A DNA stretch of 63,065 nucleotides, the filler included, from Octopus bimaculoides (lineage: Eukaryota): the NCBI RefSeq assembly GCF_001194135.2. It is 6 parts of 6 records of this genome, joined end to end, with 100 filler letters (N's around TTAATTAATTAA, not from the genome) between each part and the next. Parts side by side here need not be neighbours in the genome. Positions count along the whole stretch, not along the records: positions 41,222 to 60,273 come from NC_068993.1; positions 60,374 to 63,065 come from NC_068995.1; 4 more parts are not named here. One strand, written 5' to 3'. The notes below the pieces were generated by a model. It did no database searches. It had not been told where the DNA came from and saw only the letters and a program-made list of their open reading frames with translations. Position numbers and translations under genes: made by a program. Positions 53,776 to 63,065 of this stretch are shown in pieces. The first letter of the stretch is position 1; each line of letters opens with the position of its first letter.

Positions 53776-55556
53776 TAAGTATGAGTGCGTATGTATGTAT
53801 GAATGTATGTATGTATTTATGTATGTATGTATGTATGTATTTCAATGTATTTCTTTAAGTGGATATTGCTTGGAAGCGAAGGAGCATGAAAGAATGAGTG
53901 TAGTATATATATGAGTATGTGTGTTGGCTTAAGGCGTGAATGTGCATATGTGTTATTATGAGATATAAATTCGTCTATATGTGGATAAGTGTTGTTTGTA
54001 TTTGGTTGGATGTCTATGGCTGAAATTATATGTTTATGTATAATATTAAAGTGTGTTTTATGTATTTATGTGTTTATGTGTTAGTCGCGTGTTTATGAGT
54101 GTTTGTGTGCTTATATGTTGTGTGCATATGTGTGGTTATGTGTGTGTGTGTATGTGTGTGTGAGTGTGTGTGTGTGTGTGTTTATTTAAGTGTTTATGTT
54201 ATGTGTGCATCAAGGAATAAACTTTTGCTTATATTTTGTAATGGCATCTTTTATTGTATCAACCAAATATAAATGGTTCTCTTGTATTTTAAGGAACTAC
54301 AAAACCTCAATAATTCGATTTCGAGCCAAACTAAAATCAATTCCTCGGTCACTAAGCCAACAAGAAATAGGTAGTAAGTCTCTCTCAAAGCATACACCAT
54401 GCCCTCCGTCAAATGAAGGACTCAATATAGTTCCAAATTCTGAAAAAAAGATGGCGTGATATCCATGGGCATGTCTTTGATGATAGTCCTACTCAATTAC
54501 GACTGAGAGCGTGGTAAACAACAAAAACATTTTATAGTGTTCATGCAATGAAATTAACATGGTAGTTAACTTTAATAATTGAAGTTTGAAATATCGATAT
54601 TGAGAAACTGTGATGATCGATCTTTTACTTGAGAATGTCATGAAAAATTTCAACAACGGGTGAGCTAAATATTAAACTACAATTTTTATAGTTGTTGATG
54701 TTATTGTTGTTCCGTCGTCTTTGTTGCTATCTTTGTTAGTGTTGTTGTTGTTATTGCAGATATTGGTTATTCGCAGATCAATTCTGTACAGAAGAAAGAA
54801 TACTATGACGATGCCATATTTTATAAAGAGAGACTATCTAGAGACCCATCCAATGTAACCGCTTTCTGAAAGTTGTAGAATGTGTAATTTGAAGACATGG
54901 CTGCTTTTCTATCAACTCTACTGGTCACACTGAAAATTCCTTCCCTTTTAAATTTCCAAGAATTGTGACGTTTAGCACCAGCAATTGGTTATACATAGGA
55001 AACCTAAGCAAATACAAACTCTTTCTACTGTAGATTAGTGATTTATTCGGTCGGTTTCATATCACCAAACTGAAAGCATTTGTAATAATGATATCCTTAT
55101 ATTAAAGCCTGAAGACATTCAAGTTAATTTTGGATGAATTTATTCGAGAGTTCATTGGCTTTGAGAATAGATATTATTCAAGTTAACTAATTAGATCTTA
55201 GCCATAATTAATTAGATATAAAACAGAAAAACCATTGAACCTGAGGAAACTAGTGTTAGTCGACCACTAGTAAATATACGAGAGGAAGTCAAAAATTATC
55301 CGCACTTTCGCCATAAAATATCTTTATTATCGTCACACTACCTTCAGCGCATGCGTGCTTATAGTAGGTACTATTGAGGTCAGGTGATAAAGTTTGAGCC
55401 TGATCACGCCATTTTTACTTCTGGCTTTACTTCTGGCCGCTACACCAGCAATGTGCAACAAAGAAAAACAAGGAGCAGTGTTCCGAGAGATGGTAATGGT
55501 GAACCGGTTCACCATTACCATCTCACAAATCATTATATATATATATACATACATAC

Positions 55557-55587
<31 letters not shown>

Positions 55588-55597
55588 TGTATGTATG

Positions 55598-55645
<48 letters not shown>

Positions 55646-55734
55646 AAGAGGTACTAAAGGCGTATTTTAAAAAAACAATATGCCTGTATTATCAAAACAA
55701 GTTAAAAAATACCATTTCATTTTGTTGTATCTAG

Positions 55735-55846
55735 GAGAACCAGAGCTTGTCTTATTATTATTGGCGCAATGATTCTTACAAGCATGAGCTTGTTATTATC
55801 ATTGGTGTATGATTGCTCTCTCAGGCCTGCATACATGCAGACATAA
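55735..55846 (+). CDS. Candidate terminal exon encoding a single TM helix: RTRACLIIIGAMILTSMSLLLSLVYDCSLRPAYMQT*
   Basis: Acceptor ttcattttgttgtatctag; ~21-aa hydrophobic stretch; phase-compatible 44-nt candidate exon at 55449-55492. No homology recognised. Confidence 0.35.
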
Positions 55847-56130
55847 GACCAACTCTGAGATAGGCGTAGAACAGACCTCGGAGTGAAAATGAGAGTCAAC
55901 GAGTTACTGAAAAAATCGTGAACTGCGACGAAAGAACTTTGACTAACAAACAAACAACCGATTGATTGTTTAACGAACACGTTAAACAAACGGTCGATTT
56001 GTTAGTCGGTTAGATATTTGATCAATTGACTAACACTAAAGAAGTGGAATTGAACCATTTCATTGTTATTTAGAAATTCTCTTATTTGTTATTACAAATT
56101 AGTTTTTAATTTAATTTAAACCTTACTAAT

Positions 56131-56243
56131 TTACTCAGTCAAAATTTGCCATGTGGTTATAATTTGTTGATCTTCATAGCACACACTATCTTAAACATTC
56201 TCTTCAAAGTCACTGCTTTCTGAACTATAACGTGCACACACAC

Positions 56244-56281
<38 letters not shown>

Positions 56282-57453
56282 CCTTTCTCTCGTTCTTTCT
56301 TTCTCTTTCTCTCTCTCACTTTCACTCTCGCTCTCTTCTCCTTTCTCTCTTTATAACTATATTACAGTATTTATACTTAACACTATGTTCCATCTTGCTC
56401 TGTCGAAAANNNNNNNNNNNNNNNNNNNNNNNNNNNNNNNNNNNNNNNNNNNNNNNNNNNNNNNNNNNNNNNNNNNNNNNNNNNNNNNNNNNNNNNNNNN
56501 NNNNNNNNNNNNNNNNNNNNNNNNNNNNNNNNNNNNNNNNNNNNNNNNNNNNNNNNNNNNNNNNNNNNNNNNNNNNNNNNNNNNNNNNNNNNNNNNNNNN
56601 NNNNNNNNNNNNNNNNNNNNNNNNNNNNNNNNNNNNNNNNNNNNNNNNNNNNNNNNNNNNNNNNNNNNNNNNNNNNNNNNNNNNNNNNNNNNNNNNNNNN
56701 NNNNNNNNNNNNNNNNNNNNNNNNNNNNNNNNNNNNNNNNNNNNNNNNNNNNNNNNNNNNNNNNNNNNNNNNNNNNNNNNNNNNNNNNNNNNNNNNNNNN
56801 NNNNNNNNNNNNNNNNNNNNNNNNNNNNNNNNNNNNNNNNNNNNNNNNNNNNNNNNNNNNNNNNNNNNNNNNNNNNNNNNNNNNNNNNNNNNNNNNNNNN
56901 NNNNNNNNNNNNNNNNNNNNNNNNNNNNNNNNNNNNNNNNNNNNNNNNNNNNNNNNNNNNNNNNNNNNNNNNNNNNNNNNNNNNNNNNNNNNNNNNNNNN
57001 NNNNNNNNNNNNNNNNNNNNNNNNNNNNNNNNNNNNNNNNNNNNNNNNNNNNNNNNNNNNNNNNNNNNNNNNNNNNNNNNNNNNNNNNNNNNNNNNNNNN
57101 NNNNNNNNNNNNNNNNNNNNNNNNNNNNNNNNNNNNNNNNNNNNNNNNNNNNNNNNNNNNNNNNNNNNNNNNNNNNNNNNNNNNNNNNNNNNNNNNNNNN
57201 NNNNNNNNNNNNNNNNNNNNNNNNNNNNNNNNNNNNNNNNNNNNNNNNNNNNNNNNNNNNNNNNNNNNNNNNNNNNNNNNNNNNNNNNNNNNNNNNNNNN
57301 NNNNNNNNNNNNNNNNNNNNNNNNNNNNNNNNNNNNNNNNTTACTCAGTCAAAATTTGCCATGTGGTTATAATTTGTTGATCTTCATAGCACACACTATC
57401 TTAAACATTCTCTTCAAAGTCACTGCTTTCTGAACTATAACGTGCACACACAC

Positions 57454-57491
<38 letters not shown>

Positions 57492-57619
57492 CCTTTCTCT
57501 CGTTCTTTCTTTCTCTTTCTCTCTCTCACTTTCACTCTCGCTCTCTTCTCCTTTCTCTCTTTATAACTATATTACAGTATTTATACTTAACACTATGTTC
57601 CATCTTGCTCTGTCGAAAA
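56131..57619. other. Exact ~280-bp direct duplication flanking an N gap (probable contig-overlap artefact)
   Basis: 56131-56409 is identical to 57341-57619. Confidence 0.8.
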
Positions 57620-58016
57620 AAAAACAACTGAAAATACATAAAAAGACAGCTTTCCAATACCAGGTGTCATTCATCAAAACAGTATCAGCATTTTAGCATT
57701 GACTTACACTAAAGTACATCACAGCAACAAAACAGCCTGTATAACATGACAATAACTTATGAATATTGATATATTTATATGACATTATAATATAACATGT
57801 ATATTTTATTGCATATTTATATGATATTTATATATTTATATAAGCTTATTATACACTGTATATGTTATCTATATATTATTCATAAATTTATACAAGCTTA
57901 TTATGTACGGCAGATGTTATTACATGTTAATATATCTATGGAATCTTACATACACACACGCGTGCACACGCATATATTTATATAATATTGCTATACTTAT
58001 ATGATAATGTCCTCTG

Positions 58017-58061
58017 CATTACACTGACGAAATCTAAGATGAAACACGGATGTCAGTAATG
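58017..58061 (+). ncRNA. Candidate type-I hammerhead ribozyme with GUC site
   Basis: CAUUACA-CUGACGA-A-AUC(uaa)GAU-GAAA-CA(cgga)UG-UC-AGUAAUG; only the first stem-I pair is mismatched (A.A). Confidence 0.65.
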
Positions 58062-58704
58062 GTTCCCATGCTAACATATAACTGTAATATCATTCTCTGC
58101 TCTGTAACAATGTAGTACTGAATAATATTTCTACATTCCACGTAGTCTCTGCGTGAGTTCGTGTGAGTATTAGTGCGTACACGTGCGTGTGTGTGTGTGT
58201 GTATGTGTGTGTATGTCCGCTGGGGCGCGCGCCTGAGTCTGCATCTTCAATTATATTATTTGTAGGCGGAGGAGTGGCTGTTTGGTAAGAAGTTTGCTTC
58301 CCAATCACGCGGCTTCGCCTCAGACCTACTGCGTGCACCTTGGCCAATCGTCTTCTATAACNNNNNNNNNNNNNNNNNNNNNNNNNNNNNNNNNNNNNNN
58401 NNNNNNNNNNNNNNNNNNNNNNNNNNNNNNNNNNNNNNNNNNNNNNNNNNNNNNNNNNNNNGGTTTCTAATTACAGCGGGGCGGGGGTAGTTTGAACTCT
58501 TGTGATTGTATACTGCATCCTCGTTAGGCTCCTTGTACGGGTAATACTTGCCCGTTCTCAGGTCTAAGTTACGTCATTCAAATTCAAAATGGCTTACAAC
58601 TAGCATCACGCTTGAAACTCAAGAGTACCAAAAAATTCGAATCATATGTGTGTGTGTGTGTGTGTGTGTGCGTGCGTGCGTGTGTGTGTGCGTGCGTGCG
58701 TGAA

Positions 58705-58737
<33 letters not shown>

Positions 58738-60006
58738 GTATCTGTGTCTGTCTTTATCTCCCAGCTCTGCTTGACAATCGACGGTGGTGTATTTGCGTCC
58801 CCGTAACCTTGCGGTTCGACGAAAATGACCGATAGAATGAGAAACCGACATTTACACAACTAAGTACTGGGATCGGTTCATTCAGTTAAAACCCTTCAAT
58901 GCAGTGTCACAGCATGGCCACAGTCTAATAATTCAAACAATTGCACAGTAAAAGCTATTCTAATACACTGAATTTCAATATAATGAGATAAAGAGCATTT
59001 GCTTATGCACCGCAAAGGAATAAAGGTAGATGGAATTGGATAATAATTGTATTGGAATGTTCAAATACGCAATAGCAAAGAGAATGAAAATTTTTAAAAA
59101 ATTGAAAAATGAACTATATAACGAAAATGCAAAGAAGTATCATAATAATAATAAAAAAGATAAAGAAAATTAAAATTCAGAGATCATAGAACAAAGAAGT
59201 TTTTGAAAATTAAGATAAGACGTACAGGATAAAACAGCTAATAAAGATAGCCAAAGAAAATATATTATCAAGCTTACCAAAAAATATATGTAAATAGAAT
59301 AAGAAAAAAAAAGCCAAAATACATAATAAAATGCAAAGAAAGTAAAAAAAAAATTAAATATATAATAAATTCAGAATTTTCCCTTCGTCCAAAAAAAGAT
59401 ATACGTAAAAGTTAGATGTAAATGTAAAACATCAGCGAATTAAATTGCTGGAGCACTAAGGAAGATAAGAACCTACCTTATTGAGTAAGTTAAACGTGTA
59501 TCCCTGAGCTTATAAACGATAGTGCATTGGTTATTATCTAATCCGATAGCTCACTGGATTGAATCGTAGTTATCTAGGGAACATTCTACATGTTTTATTG
59601 CAAAAATGTTTGTATCGTATTGCTAATTCCTGTAGTTGATCTATAATACTATCTTCTGGCATTATAAGTTAATTAAGTATTTAGAGTGAGCCTTCTAGAC
59701 AAAGTTCACATCTCAATCCGTCTACGTCGTACGGTTGTGCTCTAATTAAAATCGACAATTCTAAATTATACTTAGTTTTGTTGACACTAAATTACCACAT
59801 TACCTCACTAAATGATGTCGAGTTTTCTTGATTTCTATGTCTAAATGATAAGACGTGATTGAACAAAGAAAGTTTAAAAGTTGGTGCGCAACATTCTCTG
59901 TCATAGTAAACTTTATTAATTGTAATGACCGAGCATCTATGTACTATGTTCTTCTTCTGACAGTGTATTTAATGGAGATTTCCTCCGTTCTCTAATTTAA
60001 CTTTTC

Positions 60007-60008
<2 letters not shown>

Positions 60009-60068
<60 letters not shown>

Positions 60069-60273
60069 GTTCAGTAGTTTTATTTTTATAACGTGCTTTC
60101 ACTTCACTACCGAGCGCAGCTCTGTGCGCCTTGGGTATGTGCTGTGGTTTGCTGTGGTGCTCTTATGGTTACTGTATTGAAAGTGTTTTGCGTAGGATGT
60201 GTGCTGTGCCCAGTAGTGCAATTTTCTGTATGTTATATATATTTGTAAGTCCTGGTGTTTTTGTTATGTATTT
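60009..60273 (-). mobile_element. R4/Dong-like LINE 3' end with (TAA)n tail
   Basis: KYITKTPGLTNIYNIQKIALLGTAHILRKTLSIQ*, short UTR, then (TAA)n at 60009-60068. Confidence 0.7.
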
Positions 60274-62840
60274 NNNNNNNNNNNNNNNNNNNNNNNNNNN
60301 NNNNNNNNNNNNNNNNNTTAATTAATTAANNNNNNNNNNNNNNNNNNNNNNNNNNNNNNNNNNNNNNNNNNNNTATGCATATATATATATATATGCATAT
60401 ATATATATATATGCATATATGCATATATATATATATATATATATATATAATGTATATATATATATATATATATATGTCCCTTTCTTCATTTGTTGCTGTT
60501 CTGTTTATCCAAGAATCTCTCTTTAAATCCTGTTTCTTTTTGCTTTTTTTTTTGTTATGCTGTTCTTTGAGTTGTGTCCACCCTAAACATTTATTCCACA
60601 GTTGACACCTTGCCCAGTTTGTAATACCAAAATACAAACATGACAGTCACACAACAAAAACCACTCTGCATCATTACTTTCCTTCGTTATATTATTTTTT
60701 TTTAATTTTGTTTCAAACTTTAGTGTTGTTTTTAATTAATTTTTATGCATGTGGTACGTAAAAAACACCATTTTGAGCGTGGCCGTTGACAGTACCACAT
60801 GACTGGCCCTCATGCCGTTGGCACATAAAAGCACTCGCTACACTCTCAGGGTGGTTGGCGTTAGGAAGGGCATTCAGCTGTAGAAACTCTGCCAAATCAG
60901 ATTGGTACAGCCATCCGGTTCACCAGTCCTCAGTCAAATCATCCAACCCATGCTAGCATGGAAAGCGGACATTAAACGATGATGATGATGATTATCTTTG
61001 TGTGTGTGGAAGTGTATGTGATGGCAGTTGGTACCACACTGAAGGAATATGAAGTTGGAACAGCAACACACATTAACAAGATAAGTGAGCTTTCATCTTG
61101 GCACTTGGTGAGGGCAAGTCCACCCTATTAAATGATATGGTTTGTTTGACTGATGGTTCCTTTAAGGTACTTGGGCTCTGATTTAAGCCAAACCTCCTGA
61201 TAGATAGAATTAAAGTTAAGCTTTGTATGGTTGTCATTGTCACCTAGAAATCAGTCGAGAGGAACCTTTTCTTGAATGATTGGTCAGAAGTGGCTAACAT
61301 ATACGTTAGTTCTGTTCTGTATTACCACATGACCGTAGTGCTTTTGCATTTCTTCCACAAGAAACAAAAAAAAAAAAGCAACAAACCATAATTGCATATG
61401 TACTCTTTCACTTCTTGTCAATCTGCTGCCAGATTTTTCTCTGCATGTAAGGTTTGTTATGCCGTGGCTAATGATTCAAGACATGTGCTGAGGCTGTTGC
61501 ATTGACAGAGATTCTTGGATGGTGACTAAGTCATGTTTGTTCAGCTTGCTTCTTTAATGGAGCAGCAGTCCTGGGTTGGATGGAAACCAAAATGAGACAC
61601 TTGCCACCTGGGATGTTGTCAGGTGCTTGTAGATCTTGTACCAGTCAGGCAATGTGATTAGTGGTACATCAACTTTTGCATTTAACAAATGAATAGTGGT
61701 GGGCATCTTGGAGTAGCTAAATGTTGAAGTTAGTCTTATTCTGGAGAACTTTTTGCCTGGAGGCTATGGACGACTTCCACTGCTATTGAGGAGGAGGAGT
61801 GGGGTCTTTGCTTTGAGATAAACTCTACAGGTACAGAAGTGCCATCAAAGTGACCCTGTCTAAGTGCATGGCTCAGTGGTTAGAATATCGAGCTTACGAT
61901 CGTGAGGTTGTGAGTTTGATTCCTGGACCAGGCTGCGTGTTGTGTTCTTGAGCAAGACACTTTATTTCACGTTGCTCCAGTTCACTCAGCTGTAGAAATG
62001 AGTTGCGACATCACTGGTGCCAAGTTGTATCGACCTTTGCCTTTCTTCTGGATAACACTGGTGGCGTGGAGAGGTGAGGTTGGTATGCATGGGTGACTGC
62101 TGGTCTTCCAGAAACAACCTTGCCCAGACTTGTGCCTCGGAGGGTAGCTTTCTAGGTGCAATCCCATGGTCATTCATGACCGAGGGGCAGGGTCACCTCC
62201 TCATTCATAGTTTGAAATACACATGAAGAATCTCCTTTTTCGGAACAAGAATTAGGTACACCTTGGATAAGTTTTACAGAAATGTTATCGGTAACACTAC
62301 TACCTCAACTGTAAACATCTAGTACTACTTTGGCCACCACAGCATCCACAACCACCACCACCACTGCATCCTCCACCACAACAACAATCATTTGAACAAC
62401 CCTCACTTTCGCCATCACCACCATCGTCACTGCATTGCCATCATTGACTACAGCAACAACAACCGATTTCAGCACAACAATAATATCCACCACAACTACC
62501 ACCACAACCACCACCACCGCCATTATTGCCATCATCACCATCACTACCACCACAGTAACAATAACAATTGTCAACGACCAGCATAACAACAGCTAAGGTG
62601 TATCATTCAGAATACAATGATATATATTCTGTCAAGTACCACTTGACTGAAATCTGTACTAGTATTCAATATGAGCAGTAGTAGTAGTAGTAGTAGCAGC
62701 AGCAGCAGCAGTAGTAATGTCAGTCCCAAACATCTCCGTCTTTTAAGCTGCCTGTATGTCTGTGCATCTACTTAGAGAAGCTAAGCTAAAGGAAATAAAT
62801 TTGTGTGTGTGTGTCTCTCTCTAGGTATGTATATATATAT

Positions 62841-63065
62841 ATCATCATCATCATCATCGTTTAACGTCCGCTTTCCATGCTAGCATGGGTTGGACGATTC
62901 GACTGAGGACTGGTGAAACCGGATGGCAACACCAGGCTCCAATCTAATTTGGCAGAGTTTCTACAGCTGGATGCCCTTCCTAACGCCAACCACTCAGAGA
63001 GTGTAGTGGGTGCTTTTACGTGTCACCCGCACGAAAACGGCCACGCTCGAAATGGTGTCTTTTCT
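62841..63065 (-). mobile_element. RTE 3'-UTR/tail copy with (GAT)n
   Basis: Nearly identical reverse complement of 25201-25427; further copies at 60755-60992, 14150-14285, 19420-19545, 28920-29075, 40225-40460. Confidence 0.9.

Noticed and set aside
55241-55290. CUGAGGA followed by a perfect ACUAGUG/CACUAGU hairpin
   Set aside because: Lacks G12 of GAAA and stem I does not pair; at best a fossil.
55394-55492. Signal-peptide-like [14 protein letters not shown] frame
   Set aside because: No in-frame ATG (stop at 55388-55390) and it overlaps a pyrimidine tract better read as a splice acceptor.
56131-57619. Apparent LTR-like direct repeats around a gap
   Set aside because: 100% identical contig ends containing microsatellites; most likely an unmerged overlap.

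Overview
AT-rich, gap-ridden (N-runs) eukaryotic draft-genome window saturated with microsatellites and retro/DNA transposon relics. The SINE repertoire and repeat load look like an octopus (coleoid cephalopod) scaffold, which is inference. One host gene is recognisable: three phase-compatible minus-strand exons of a PTPDC1-like phosphatase (20039-20121, 17229-17391, 12983-13063) inside a CpG-depleted block (~12.6-36 kb); its catalytic exons were not found. Mobile DNA includes several tRNA-derived SINE families, RTE, CR1/L2-like and R4/Dong-like LINE fragments, two mariner families, a Tc1 (DD34E), a maT (DD37D), a Tigger-like MITE and Helentron-type HINEs. The main hidden signal is a set of nine minimal type-I hammerhead ribozyme motifs from at least five unrelated sequence families (about 9.6, 10.4, 12.3, 13.7, 17.7, 27.2, 27.5, 31.8 and 58.0 kb), most with the palindromic stem III typical of Penelope-associated dimer-cleaving hammerheads. 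They occur in a tRNA-headed SINE carrying a hammerhead near its 3' end (including a head-to-head pair flanked by a 13-bp direct repeat) and in mini-elements whose 3' end is duplicated in inverted orientation so that they mimic MITEs. All folds were paired by eye and are not computed or tested.
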